From positions 1-64,000 of the IMG/VR virus record IMGVR_UViG_3300012931_000019: a stretch of DNA of 64,000 bases; one strand, given 5' to 3'. This document shows, piece by piece, positions 38,914 to 49,669 of this stretch. The position numbers and the translations under genes are program-made. The stretch's first letter is position 1. Each line of letters begins with the position of its first letter. Source of the DNA: a virus. The notes under the pieces were generated by a model. The model made no database searches. It worked only from the letters and a program-made list of their open reading frames with translations, and was not told the origin of the DNA.

Positions 38914-39546
38914 ATGGTTAAAGATTTTGATGTGGACACATTATATGATGACGATATAAAAAGTTTGGCGCAACTTAACCTTCCAGACCCTTCTACTTTA
39001 GACTATTATAATCGTTTAGCACATAGAGAAATATTTTGGAATGCTGAAATTGATGAATCATTGATTGAAATATCAATGTTAATTCTTAAATGGAATCGTG
39101 AAGATAAAAATGTAGAAATTGAAAATCGAATTCCAATTAAGATTTATATTAATAGTGATGGTGGATGTGTGAATAGCGTTTTTAATTTTATCAATATAAT
39201 TCAATTATCAAAAACTCCTGTTTATACAATTGGAATGGGTAAATGTTATTCTAGTGGTGGATTACTACTTATGGCTGGTCATAAACGATTAATATTTGAA
39301 GACACTGCTTGTTTAGTACATGACGGTTCAACGGGGGCATTTGGTACAACTGGTAAGGTTATAGATAGTCTTGAGTTTACACAAAAAATCGAAGATAGAA
39401 TTAAAAAATATATATTAAAAAATACAAAAATCACTTCTAAATTATATGATAAAAATTATAGAAGAGATTGGTGGTTATCTGCCGAAGAAATTGTTGAAAT
39501 GGGTATTGCAGATAAAATAATAACCGACTTAGATGAAATATTATAA
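38914..39546 (+). CDS. ClpP-like protease
   Basis: YINSDGG, GKCYSSG (Ser), LVHDG (His), DWWLSAEE. Confidence 0.85.
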   Translation: MVKDFDVDTLYDDDIKSLAQLNLPDPSTLDYYNRLAHREIFWNAEIDESLIEISMLILKWNREDKNVEIENRIPIKIYINSDGGCVNSVFNFINIIQLSKTPVYTIGMGKCYSSGGLLLMAGHKRLIFEDTACLVHDGSTGAFGTTGKVIDSLEFTQKIEDRIKKYILKNTKITSKLYDKNYRRDWWLSAEEIVEMGIADKIITDLDEIL

Positions 39547-39549
39547 GAA

Positions 39550-39816
39550 TTGAAAGGGTTTATGATGAAAGACGAATATATAGAATGCGATTGTTTAAAT
39601 TGTGATAATGATGAGTGCGAAACTAAATATGAAATTATGGAAGCTATTGAAGTAGTTGAAGATATCGTAGAATCAATGGATTGTCATTGCTTGAGTTGCA
39701 TTAAGAATGCAGTAATGAAAGCGTACTTAGACGGAAAAGAACAGGGTTATACGGATGCTATGTTTGAGATTCGTGAGCATGTTAATGACAGTTTAGGGAT
39801 TGATGACGAAGATTAG
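39550..39816 (+). CDS. hypothetical acidic Cys-rich protein
   Basis: ORF in late-type operon. Confidence 0.6.
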   Translation: MKGFMMKDEYIECDCLNCDNDECETKYEIMEAIEVVEDIVESMDCHCLSCIKNAVMKAYLDGKEQGYTDAMFEIREHVNDSLGIDDED

Positions 39817-39954
39817 ATTCAAATACTAAATTCATTGGATTTTGAGCAGATTAAGCCCACATGAATAGTGTGGGTTTTATTGTACTCAAAGAGTATAAAT
39901 TTATTGGCTTTAAATATTGAATGTGTTAGCCAATCACATTTTAGGAGGAAAATT

Positions 39955-40764
39955 ATGATGTATAATTCAAAGCTGGTCGTTTCTTTAAAAACAAAAGATG
40001 GGAAAATAATTCGTGAACATGGTGAGATAGTTAATCTCCCATTCGGGATGGAATATTCGCTCATGATTAAGAATTTAGAAGCACGTAAAGCAAAAGTAAA
40101 AATTGAAATTGATGGAACAGACGTACTTGATGGAAATTCTATTTTAGTTAATCCAAATCAAACTCTTGAATTAGAAGGATTTATGAAAGGGAATAAAGCC
40201 GTTAATTCTTTCAAATTTATTGAAAAGACTGAAGAAATATCTGAATTTCGTGGTGATAGAATTGACGATGGAATAATCAAGGTCGAGTTCGTTTTTGAAA
40301 AAATGAAACCCATAACACAGCCAATTACTTATACAAATTATCCGTCATATACTTGGTATTCCGGGGCATATGGATTAAGAGGAATGGATATTGGTTCTTC
40401 TGGTTCTTCTGGTGGTTGTGGTGGTAATGTAACAAAATCTTTATCTGCTACTGCCGGAGATTGGGTAGCAATGGAAAATTCATGTACTGTTTCTGCAAGT
40501 TGTTGTAGTGTAGATTCTTATGGAAGTACGGATGGTATAACAGTCAAGGGACAAGAAGTTTTACAAGATTTTAAATATGGGTATATAGGCGAATTAGAAG
40601 AACAGTCTCACGTAATTTGTTTGAAACTGCAAGGATATAAAGACAATAATGAAAAGGTAGAACAAATTATAACGGTAAAAGATAAATTGCAATGTAAAAC
40701 ATGCGGTAAGTTCTGCAAATCAAATGCAAAATTTTGTGATAGGTGTGGAACCTATTTAGAATAA
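39955..40764 (+). CDS. conserved-type phage protein with C-terminal Zn ribbon
   Basis: start behind AGGAGG; CKTCG...FCDRCG. Confidence 0.75.
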   Translation: MMYNSKLVVSLKTKDGKIIREHGEIVNLPFGMEYSLMIKNLEARKAKVKIEIDGTDVLDGNSILVNPNQTLELEGFMKGNKAVNSFKFIEKTEEISEFRGDRIDDGIIKVEFVFEKMKPITQPITYTNYPSYTWYSGAYGLRGMDIGSSGSSGGCGGNVTKSLSATAGDWVAMENSCTVSASCCSVDSYGSTDGITVKGQEVLQDFKYGYIGELEEQSHVICLKLQGYKDNNEKVEQIITVKDKLQCKTCGKFCKSNAKFCDRCGTYLE

Positions 40765-40966
40765 TAAAAGTTAAAAATTAAAATTAAAAATTTATTTCTA
40801 TTTTTGGATAGATATAGTCCACAAGAGTTATTATTTAAGTTATTTTATTTACTCTCTTGTGGGCTTTGTTGTGTTCGAGATGGAACATGGTGTTAAAGAA
40901 GCTGTTTAATTTGAATTTTAACCACCTTCTTTTTGTTGGAGTATAGGATATAAGGAGTTTTAGAAT

Positions 40967-41290
40967 ATGGTCTATTTTCTGACTAATGCAGAAAGGAAAT
41001 ATATAAAAATAGGTTATACCAAACATTATTTAGATATAAATAAGAGGATACGTCAGCTTTCTACAGGTTCAAGTTCAAAATTATATCTTTGTGGTTATAT
41101 TTTGGATGGCACAAAAGATTTGGAGAAAGAGTGCCACAAAATGTTCAAAAGAGTCAATCTTGAATGGTTTGATGTGACTGATGGTAGACTTATAGACTAT
41201 ATAAATAAAAATAATGATCATCCTGTTTATGTTGATATAGTAGATGGTCAAATTATGGTATATGAGAAAATTGAAATGATTAAAGGGTAA
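40967..41290 (+). CDS. GIY-YIG (T5orf172-like) domain protein
   Basis: VYF...YIKIGYT...RIRQL...LEKECH...EWF. Confidence 0.8.
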   Translation: MVYFLTNAERKYIKIGYTKHYLDINKRIRQLSTGSSSKLYLCGYILDGTKDLEKECHKMFKRVNLEWFDVTDGRLIDYINKNNDHPVYVDIVDGQIMVYEKIEMIKG

Positions 41291-41331
41291 GGAGTTTTTA
41301 GCTCCTTTTTTAATCGGAATAGAAGGAGGGG

Positions 41332-42369
41332 TTGAGAATGCTTAAAGTTGGTAAAACAGTTAAACCTAAAACAGCAAAATCTAAAACTACTAGTAATAAG
41401 CAATTAACTTGCGCGGCATGTGGAGAACCTAAAAATGAAGGAGAATATTATGTAAGTTATAACTCAGTTCATTCTACTGGACGTATTCCATATTGCAAGC
41501 TATGTTTAAAAAAAATGATAAGTGATGATAACGGAATAATTGACATAAATAAGTTAAAAGAAACCTTAAGATTAATCGGAAAGCCATTTTTATATGATTT
41601 GTGGCAAACATCTGTGGATGACAATGACGATACTTTTGGAGTTTATATGAAAAACCTTGCCCTAAAACATAATAGATATTTAGATTGGAAAGATTCAATA
41701 TTTAAACCTTCTGATGATATAGAAAAAATAGAAGATGAATCTATTAAAGATATAAGTTTTAAAGTTACTAATGAAATTATTAATAAATGGGGCGAAGGGT
41801 ATAAGTCTGAAGAATATAGAGCATTCGAAAGGAAATATGAATTTTTAAAGAATAATTATCCTGAAAAGACATCATTACATACTGAGGCGTTATTAAATTA
41901 TATCCGGTATCGTTGTAAGGAAGAATTGGCAACTGCAAAGGGTGATGTAAAAGAAGCTAAAGAATGGTCGTCTATAGCGGCAAAAGCCGCTACTGATGCA
42001 AAAATTAACCCTTCTCAATTATCAGCCGCTGACTTACAGGGTGGATTAAACAGTTTTAGTGAAATATCTTTAATGTGTGAACAAGCTGTAGATATTATAA
42101 AAGTTTTGCCAGAATTTAAATACAGACCTGTTGATGCCGCAGATTTTATAATGTGGTGTTATCTTAATTATGAGCGCGATGCACAAGGATTACCAATGGT
42201 GGAATATCGTGATGTTTGGCAGTTTTACGATAAAAGGAAAAAAGAATATATTGATCAATATGGTGATCCTTATGGAATTTTTACCGACGATCCTACAGAA
42301 AAAAATAGACCGAATATAGAAAAATTTATAATATTGCCAAAAGATGAAATAAGTGAATCAAATGAGTAG
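41332..42369 (+). CDS. putative terminase small subunit / packaging protein
   Basis: immediately upstream of and overlapping TerL; N-terminal CxxC..CxxC. Confidence 0.55.
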   Translation: MRMLKVGKTVKPKTAKSKTTSNKQLTCAACGEPKNEGEYYVSYNSVHSTGRIPYCKLCLKKMISDDNGIIDINKLKETLRLIGKPFLYDLWQTSVDDNDDTFGVYMKNLALKHNRYLDWKDSIFKPSDDIEKIEDESIKDISFKVTNEIINKWGEGYKSEEYRAFERKYEFLKNNYPEKTSLHTEALLNYIRYRCKEELATAKGDVKEAKEWSSIAAKAATDAKINPSQLSAADLQGGLNSFSEISLMCEQAVDIIKVLPEFKYRPVDAADFIMWCYLNYERDAQGLPMVEYRDVWQFYDKRKKEYIDQYGDPYGIFTDDPTEKNRPNIEKFIILPKDEISESNE

Positions 42370-44104
42370 TTATAAAAATTTTCAATCAGATAATAAAAAA
42401 AATACTGCCAATAGAAGTGATGTGAATAACCCAGAATTTAATCCAACAGTTTCTGCTTTAGGTGAAACAGAAAAAGAAAATTTTAACAGAAGTCTTAATA
42501 ATTACATAAGATTTGTAAGTTGGGCGCGTTGGTATCCCGATTTATTTCTAGATTTAATTAAACCAAAAACTGGTGGTATTACATTGGATTTAGATCAACG
42601 AATATTTTTACGTTCCTTATTACGTTTTGTTAGTACTTATGGAGTGTTTCCGCGTGGATATGGAAAAACGTTTATTGAAGCATTAGGAATGTTTATTGTT
42701 AGTATATTTTTTCCTAATGTAGAATTGGCATTAACTGCACAAACCAAACAAAATGCCGCTGAACTTCTGAAAGCAAAATATAATGAAATAATTAAATATT
42801 ATCCTATATTAAAGAATGAAATAATGGGCAATCCCAAATTTTCAAAAGACGATGCAGAAGTCAATTTTATGAATAATGGGAGAATTGATATCCTTGCTAA
42901 TTCAAAATCAAGTTTAGGACAAAGAAGAAAAAGAATAAATGTTGAAGAATCAAATATTGTTGATAAAGATTTATTTGATAATGTTATAACTCCAATAGTA
43001 GAAGTTCCTAGACTTACATGTGGTAAATTAGCTATTCGTGACCCAGAAGAATTAAATCAACAAATTAATTATTTTACAACTACTGGATTTCGTGGTTCAG
43101 ACGAACACATTAGAACAATTCAAATGTGTAAAAATATGATTAATCTTACTGGAGATATAGTATTGGGGAGTAATTGGCTTCTTCCTTGTTGGTATGGAAG
43201 AGGATCAAGTAAATCTCAAATATTTGAAAAAAAGAAAAAGATGTCTCCTATTGCATTTGCTCAAAATTATGAAGAAAAATGGGTAGGTAATGTTGATGGT
43301 GCATTAGTTAGTATTAACAAGGTTTTAAAATTAAGGAATTTATCAGAGCCTAAAAATAAAGGTGATAGTAAATATGAATATGTGTTGGGTGTTGACGTGG
43401 CACGTTCACAAAATACTGCTAATAATCAATCTTCTGTAGCGGTTTTTGAAATACATAGAAATTCAAATCATAAAATTATTGAATTGCCATTAGTTAATTT
43501 ATATACAATTTCTAATGCTAAAAATTTTACAACTCAATCATTAGAAATTAAGAGAATCAAAAATAAATTTGGCGCAAAGATGGTAATTTGTGATAGTAAT
43601 GGTTTGGGTGTCGGATTAATTGATGCTTTAATGAAAGAAACTTTTGATCCAGATACAGGAGAAAATCTAGGTTGTTGGGATACAATTAATACTGATGCGG
43701 AACCGGAAATATCTGGTGCAGAAAGGTGTATTTATGATTTAAAACCACAATCAGCACAGAGCAATATTATTGTAAATTTCATTGATGTAGTAGAAAGCGG
43801 TAAAATGAGACTGCTTGAGAAACATAATGATATAGATTATGAATTTGATGATAGGGAAAATTATGTTGAAAATATTTTACCTTTTATTCAAACAGACTTC
43901 CTAATTGAAGAAATATCAAATTTACAGTTAAAAACATTGCCTAAAGGTGGAATAACAATAGAAAGAGTTAATACTAAATATAATAAAGACCGTTTTTCAG
44001 CAGTTGCTTACGGTGCTTGGTATATTATTAATTTTGAAGATAACTATGTAGATGATAGTGGACAAAGTGATCTAGAATTTCTTGCACAATTTGCAATGTT
44101 TTAA
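42362..44104 (+). CDS. terL: terminase large subunit
   Basis: Walker A PRGYGKT, Walker B INVEES, nuclease LGVDVAR and KDRFSA. Confidence 0.9.
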   Translation: MSSYKNFQSDNKKNTANRSDVNNPEFNPTVSALGETEKENFNRSLNNYIRFVSWARWYPDLFLDLIKPKTGGITLDLDQRIFLRSLLRFVSTYGVFPRGYGKTFIEALGMFIVSIFFPNVELALTAQTKQNAAELLKAKYNEIIKYYPILKNEIMGNPKFSKDDAEVNFMNNGRIDILANSKSSLGQRRKRINVEESNIVDKDLFDNVITPIVEVPRLTCGKLAIRDPEELNQQINYFTTTGFRGSDEHIRTIQMCKNMINLTGDIVLGSNWLLPCWYGRGSSKSQIFEKKKKMSPIAFAQNYEEKWVGNVDGALVSINKVLKLRNLSEPKNKGDSKYEYVLGVDVARSQNTANNQSSVAVFEIHRNSNHKIIELPLVNLYTISNAKNFTTQSLEIKRIKNKFGAKMVICDSNGLGVGLIDALMKETFDPDTGENLGCWDTINTDAEPEISGAERCIYDLKPQSAQSNIIVNFIDVVESGKMRLLEKHNDIDYEFDDRENYVENILPFIQTDFLIEEISNLQLKTLPKGGITIERVNTKYNKDRFSAVAYGAWYIINFEDNYVDDSGQSDLEFLAQFAMF

Positions 44105-44162
44105 TTTAAATAAAGTTATAAATAAAATAATATATATTATTATTGAAAGGAGGTAAGTTCTA

Positions 44163-45812
44163 TTGTCTCAAAAGAGCAGTCGTTATAAAAATACTAATAA
44201 AAATATAAATACTAAAAATATTAGTTCTAATATTCAAAATGAAGAATTGTCACAAGATGAATTATATGATGTTCTTGAATTTGCAAGGAGAGTATATAGT
44301 GGCAATATAACACCAAATGTATATACACCTGAACTTACCAATGCAAGGATGAAGGATTTAAATTTAAACCCTTTGTCTGCAACTGAAACAAATATAGAAA
44401 CGGCATTAAAAGACCCTAAAAATAATGAAAGACAATTAATTGGTTACAGTGAATTCTTTTATTTAACATCTATGATTTATAAAAGAATGCTTGGATACAT
44501 AGCACAAATGCCTTCTTTTGATTATACAGTTACTTGTATTAATGCAAAGAAAGAAGATTATAAATCTGAGAAATATCAAAAAGATATGGATGCGGTTTAT
44601 GGTTTCCTAGACAAGTTTGATGTTAAAAAAGAATTCAAACAAATTATGGATCAACTACTTTTAAATGAGACTTATTATGGCGTTTTAAGAGATGAGTCAA
44701 CAGATAAATTTGCATTTCAACAGCTTCCAAATGATTATTGTAAATTAACTGGTAGATGTGAATATTCTTTGTTATTTGACTTTAATATGATTTACTTTTT
44801 TAGTCAGGTTGGAGTGGATTTAAGATCATTTCCAAGGATTTTTACAGAATATTATAATAGAGTACTTGATATGAAGAATAATGGTTATTTACCTTCTAGT
44901 ACTTTAGATAAAAGAACTGGTGAATGGGTCTATTGGGTTCAAACAAGTCCTGAAGATGGCATGTTCGCATTTAAATTTAATATTGGGAATGTAACATCTA
45001 TACCGTATTTTGCACCGTTGTTTTCTGATGTGGTGCTTGCTCCATTAATGAGAAATTTGCAAAAAAATGTTAATATCCTCAAGGCACAAAAAATATTAGT
45101 AGGTTTGATTCCTTTATTAAAAGACCCTAAAAGTGGAAGTGTAAAAGATGCAGTTGCTATTGAAGCAACGACATTAGGTAACTTTTTAGGACTTTTAAAA
45201 GCAGGACTTCATGAAAGCGTGAAGGTCGGCGGCGTTCCTTTCTCTGATCTAAAAGAAATAGATTTTGATACAACTAACACAAACATTATGGATGATTATA
45301 CAAAGACTACCTCTGCAATGTCTGGAATAAATAGCAGATTAATATTTGCAAATGATAAAATGTCTAATGCTGAAACGCAAGCTTCTATTGATGTTGATGA
45401 ATATTTGACTCTTCATATTTACAATCAATTTAATCAGTGTATGGATTTTCAGATTAATAAGTTAACTGAGAATTTTAAATTTAAGTTTAAATTTCAAGGA
45501 ACTGAATTTAAATCAAATAGGCAATTTAGACTTGATAATGCAATTAAACTTGCTGAACATGGGGTTGTTTTATATCAACAAATTGCCGCCAGCATTGGGA
45601 TTGAACCTCATGATTTTATTCGTCAATTAGAAGAAGGACAGGCGATGGGATTTGTAGATTTATTAACGCCTATGATTAGTATGTATCAAACTAATGGTAA
45701 TGAATCAATAGATAAAGGTGGAAGAGAACGAAAATCTGATAATGAATTAACTGATTCAGGTTCCGCGACTCGTGATAACGGTTCTAATTTAGGTCGAGGT
45801 GGAAAAATATGA
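44163..45812 (+). CDS. portal protein
   Basis: 549 aa directly after TerL; SD AGGAGG, TTG start. Confidence 0.75.
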   Translation: MSQKSSRYKNTNKNINTKNISSNIQNEELSQDELYDVLEFARRVYSGNITPNVYTPELTNARMKDLNLNPLSATETNIETALKDPKNNERQLIGYSEFFYLTSMIYKRMLGYIAQMPSFDYTVTCINAKKEDYKSEKYQKDMDAVYGFLDKFDVKKEFKQIMDQLLLNETYYGVLRDESTDKFAFQQLPNDYCKLTGRCEYSLLFDFNMIYFFSQVGVDLRSFPRIFTEYYNRVLDMKNNGYLPSSTLDKRTGEWVYWVQTSPEDGMFAFKFNIGNVTSIPYFAPLFSDVVLAPLMRNLQKNVNILKAQKILVGLIPLLKDPKSGSVKDAVAIEATTLGNFLGLLKAGLHESVKVGGVPFSDLKEIDFDTTNTNIMDDYTKTTSAMSGINSRLIFANDKMSNAETQASIDVDEYLTLHIYNQFNQCMDFQINKLTENFKFKFKFQGTEFKSNRQFRLDNAIKLAEHGVVLYQQIAASIGIEPHDFIRQLEEGQAMGFVDLLTPMISMYQTNGNESIDKGGRERKSDNELTDSGSATRDNGSNLGRGGKI

Positions 45813-45849
45813 TAGAACGAAAATCGTTGATTAAGGTAGGTGAGAATAT

Positions 45850-46374
45850 TTGGCAAATAGTTTAATAAATGAGAAAGTAGAGAACAGTTTAAATTTGATA
45901 ATTAAAGAATTTTTCTGGGGTAATAGATTATTGGATCGTATAATGACGAATCTTGTAATTATGTTTGTAATGCCTAAAACAGAATCAACACTTCATATTC
46001 CTCTGGCTCATAAATACCCATTATTTTCAGATGAATTAGGCGGATATATGGAAAGAAGAAATTGTTTAGTTGGGTATTTAGATACTCCCGCCGATATGAC
46101 TGTGTATAATACCCCATTAGAAGCATTTCAGAAATATTTAGATTATCAGGTAGAATTAGAAGACTTGATTCAAGAAGCGATGAATGTAGCTATAGATGAA
46201 GGTGATATAATGACAAAAAAGTTTCTTAATAACCTTTTATTAGAAGTTGGTGTTTATACTAATCAGGCTTTATTATTAGTTGATAAGGCTGGAATGTATG
46301 GTAATGATAAGTTTGCTTGGATGATGATGGATGAACATGCAGAAAGTTTATTACTTCCAGAATTACAAGGATGA
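45850..46374 (+). CDS. ferritin-like four-helix protein
   Basis: TPLEAFQKYLDYQVEL...AIDEGDIMTKKFLNNLL resembles ferritin helices C-D. Confidence 0.55.
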   Translation: MANSLINEKVENSLNLIIKEFFWGNRLLDRIMTNLVIMFVMPKTESTLHIPLAHKYPLFSDELGGYMERRNCLVGYLDTPADMTVYNTPLEAFQKYLDYQVELEDLIQEAMNVAIDEGDIMTKKFLNNLLLEVGVYTNQALLLVDKAGMYGNDKFAWMMMDEHAESLLLPELQG

Positions 46375-46384
46375 TGATTAAATT

Positions 46385-46576
46385 ATGAAGTTGAAAAGTA
46401 AATATATGAAATGTTTTAATCAAAAAAAATATGAAGAACTCCTTTCTTGTGGATATAAGTTTTTATATGAACAGAATGGAGTTTATTATTTTGAAAACAA
46501 TGAACATTTAACAAGAAAATTCAGTGGTGAAGATGTTTTGGAAGGTACTAAAACCTCAACCTATATTGGATTATAA
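46385..46576 (+). CDS. small hypothetical protein
   Basis: ORF in head module. Confidence 0.6.
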   Translation: MKLKSKYMKCFNQKKYEELLSCGYKFLYEQNGVYYFENNEHLTRKFSGEDVLEGTKTSTYIGL

Positions 46577-46596
46577 AAATTAGAGAAAGGAGGTTT

Positions 46597-48765
46597 GTGC
46601 TTTTGAAAGAAGTTATAAATTTTGAATCCGAACTTTTTAATCTTTCTAAAATCAATCCATTAGTTACTAGATATAAGCTTTTTATAGCATATCCAGATGA
46701 ACCAGCAAACAATTATATTTTTAGTAAAGAAGTTTTAACTAATTTATCTCCAACAATTCGTGGTTGCCCTGTAGTAGCAGGATTTATGAATGGTGAAGAT
46801 GGTAGTCTTCTTGGGGGACATGAAGGAGATTACGCCATTAACCAAAGTAATAGATTAAAACCTACTCCAACTCCTATTCCTGTTGGTTTTTGTGCTTATG
46901 ATATTGATCCTTGGTTTGAATTGTATCAAAAAAGAGAATATTTAACAACATTTATCTATATCTGGGACGGTAGATTTCCTGAACTCGAAAATTTGTCTGA
47001 GAGAAAGATATTTCAATCAATGGAAGTTGCTGTGGATGATAAACAAGAAGGAAGTTATAAAATAGTACAAGAAGCATGGGCAATTGGACTGTGTTTACTT
47101 GAAAATGTAGACCCCGCTTTTAAAAATTCTCATATAGAGTTGTTTTCTAAATCTGATAATAAAATTCAAGTTGAAACAGATAAATTAAAAAATGAATTTG
47201 AGCATTTTACAGATAAATATGCTGATTTGGATTTTTCTATTCCTAAAAAGGTTAAAACCAATGTTCAATTAGGTTTGGATTTACATAGTGAATATGGTCA
47301 TGGTGGAACTACCGTTGCAATATCTCTTGCTAGGTATTTGATTAAAAATACTAATATTGTCCCTGAAAAAATCAGGAAAATTTCAAGTTATTTTTCCAGA
47401 CATACAGGAGAAGATTTAGGAGAAGAAGATTCTAATAAATATATTTCTTGGCAACTTTATGGTGGAGATGAAGGATATAAATGGTCTACTAAAATAGTTG
47501 ATGAAATGAATAAAATTGATGAAACAAAACTCTCATATATGAGTTTAAATAAAGAAGGTGAGATTTTGATTAAGAAGTTTTCTGTAGACGAAGACAAACT
47601 TGGAAAATCATCTGCAATTGATATTAAAAATGATAAAGAGAGTTCTGCCGCTGGTGAATGGTCAGACCCCGGAGCCACTTTATTAAATAAGTTATTAGAA
47701 GCAAGCAATCATACGTCATTAGTTGATGAAGCTTATTTAGTGATTGATGGAAGTAATTCTGATAATTTATCTACTGATGATGTACATTATCCACATCATG
47801 TAATAAAAGATGAAGATTTGGTAGTTCATTATCGTGGAGTGCAAGCCGCTTTAAGTAGAGCAAGATCACAAGGATTAACTGGTGAACCAATTTCACATTT
47901 AAAGAGACATTATAAAGAACTTGGCTTGAATATGGATAATTTTGCAGAATTCGATTTAACCGAGGAAGATTATAATTATATGTTTGCAGATGAAAAAGAA
48001 AAGGAGGAAGGTGACAAGGTGAGTATAGAATTTAGTTTAAATTCAGATCAGGTAAGAGAAATTTTAAGAAATGCATTGTCTGAATATAAATATACGTGTG
48101 GAGATTATGAATACAATAAATTTTATGTTGAAACTTATGATGATACTTATGTTTATGTTTATGACTGTGAAGATGGAAAATGTTACGGGATTACATATCA
48201 ATTAGAAGATATGATTGCTACGATTGACATTGAAAGTAAAAAATTGGTTATTGGTGGTGGCTTTGAATTCGTTGATGAAAATAAAGGTGAAGGAGCCGAA
48301 ATGTCTTCTAATGCTAACGTAGACAATGGTGCAATGGAAGCTCTTAATGAAAATGCCGCAGAACAAAATAAAAAATTAGCGGATGAACAATTGGAAGTTG
48401 ATGATAAAGACAAGGTTATTGCGGGACTCCAAGAAGAAATGTCTAAAATGAAAGACGATATGGATGTTTATATGAAAGAAAATGAAGAATTGAAAACATA
48501 TAAAGCCGATATTGAAGAGCAAAATAAAAATTTTGAAGTAGAAGCTACTTTGAAAGAAGTTATGAGTGTTTTACCAGAAGAAGAAGTTGAAGCTTGCAGA
48601 ACGTCAGCAAAAGAATTCTCATTAGAAAACATTGGTGGTTGGAAGAATGAAGTTCAGGCAAAGGCTTTTAAATTTTCTAAGGGTATCCCCGATAAAGAAC
48701 CATTTGTAAGAATGCCTTTTGTAGAAAATAAACCGAAAACTGAAAAGAAAGGTTTATGGGATTAA
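46597..48765 (+). CDS. prohead protease/scaffold multidomain protein
   Basis: between portal and capsid; GGHE...QSME protease-like motifs; acidic coiled-coil C-terminus. Confidence 0.7.
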   Translation: MLLKEVINFESELFNLSKINPLVTRYKLFIAYPDEPANNYIFSKEVLTNLSPTIRGCPVVAGFMNGEDGSLLGGHEGDYAINQSNRLKPTPTPIPVGFCAYDIDPWFELYQKREYLTTFIYIWDGRFPELENLSERKIFQSMEVAVDDKQEGSYKIVQEAWAIGLCLLENVDPAFKNSHIELFSKSDNKIQVETDKLKNEFEHFTDKYADLDFSIPKKVKTNVQLGLDLHSEYGHGGTTVAISLARYLIKNTNIVPEKIRKISSYFSRHTGEDLGEEDSNKYISWQLYGGDEGYKWSTKIVDEMNKIDETKLSYMSLNKEGEILIKKFSVDEDKLGKSSAIDIKNDKESSAAGEWSDPGATLLNKLLEASNHTSLVDEAYLVIDGSNSDNLSTDDVHYPHHVIKDEDLVVHYRGVQAALSRARSQGLTGEPISHLKRHYKELGLNMDNFAEFDLTEEDYNYMFADEKEKEEGDKVSIEFSLNSDQVREILRNALSEYKYTCGDYEYNKFYVETYDDTYVYVYDCEDGKCYGITYQLEDMIATIDIESKKLVIGGGFEFVDENKGEGAEMSSNANVDNGAMEALNENAAEQNKKLADEQLEVDDKDKVIAGLQEEMSKMKDDMDVYMKENEELKTYKADIEEQNKNFEVEATLKEVMSVLPEEEVEACRTSAKEFSLENIGGWKNEVQAKAFKFSKGIPDKEPFVRMPFVENKPKTEKKGLWD

Positions 48766-48793
48766 TTATAAATATAAATAAGGAGGAAATTTC

Positions 48794-49489
48794 ATGGCAA
48801 TTAGTGATGTTATTAAGGCTAAACTTAATAAAATGAATAGAGCCGCGCAAGATGCAGAATTGGGAACATTGATTCAGGGATTTCAAGTAATGACCCCTAA
48901 TTCAACATCTGGAACTATATTAACAAAAACATATTTTGCACCCGCCGTTTCTGCCGCAGTTAGTGGTATTTCTTATCATAAGTTATTTGCCGTTGGTGAT
49001 GTGACTGGAACTACAGCTTATGGTTTTGGTGATCCAACTAAACCAACTACTGGTATTATGGGATGCTTCGGGCGAACTGCTATTGCAACTGCCGCAGTTA
49101 CAGATACAGCCGCAGATTTTAGAGTAATTAATAAACTTGTAAATACAGGGGCAAATAATCTTCAGGGAGCTTATATTAAGGCTAAGAATTATTCTACGGG
49201 TACTGTCGGGGGAGATTTAGTAGGTGCGTTTATTGAAACAGTTAATGATGGTACTGTAACTGGTAAAACAATTGGATTAAAACTTGGCAAAGATACGGGT
49301 GCTATAAATGCGGATATTCAGTTTACAAGTGGTGCTTATTTTGTTGCTTTAACTACTGCAATAACAGCAAATTCAACAACCACTACTGCACCGGCTGGAA
49401 GCATTGGGGTTACTACTAATGCAACAGGCGTTGGAAAATTATTTATGTCAGATGGTAGCAAGTGGCAATATGCTTCGGTTTCGGCATAA
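48794..49489 (+). CDS. putative virion structural (head fibre/decoration) protein
   Basis: G/T/A-rich; head module position. Confidence 0.55.
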   Translation: MAISDVIKAKLNKMNRAAQDAELGTLIQGFQVMTPNSTSGTILTKTYFAPAVSAAVSGISYHKLFAVGDVTGTTAYGFGDPTKPTTGIMGCFGRTAIATAAVTDTAADFRVINKLVNTGANNLQGAYIKAKNYSTGTVGGDLVGAFIETVNDGTVTGKTIGLKLGKDTGAINADIQFTSGAYFVALTTAITANSTTTTAPAGSIGVTTNATGVGKLFMSDGSKWQYASVSA

Positions 49490-49503
49490 GTTGGAGGACA
49501 TAA

Positions 49504-49635
49504 ATGAATATTGATTCATTGAATGAAAGGAAACAAACTCTTGAAGAACAACTAGAACAAGCTATGGCAAATGTAAATGCTATTATGGGTGCAATTCAAG
49601 AAGTTGATTATTGGATAAATCAAATTAAAAATTAA
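49504..49635 (+). CDS. small coiled-coil protein (not in ORF track)
   Basis: SD GGAGG; MNIDSLNERKQTLEEQLEQAMANVNAIMGAIQEVDYWINQIKN. Confidence 0.6.
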   Translation: MNIDSLNERKQTLEEQLEQAMANVNAIMGAIQEVDYWINQIKN

Positions 49636-49669
49636 AATGAAAAAGAATAATTAAATGGAGGTATAAAAC

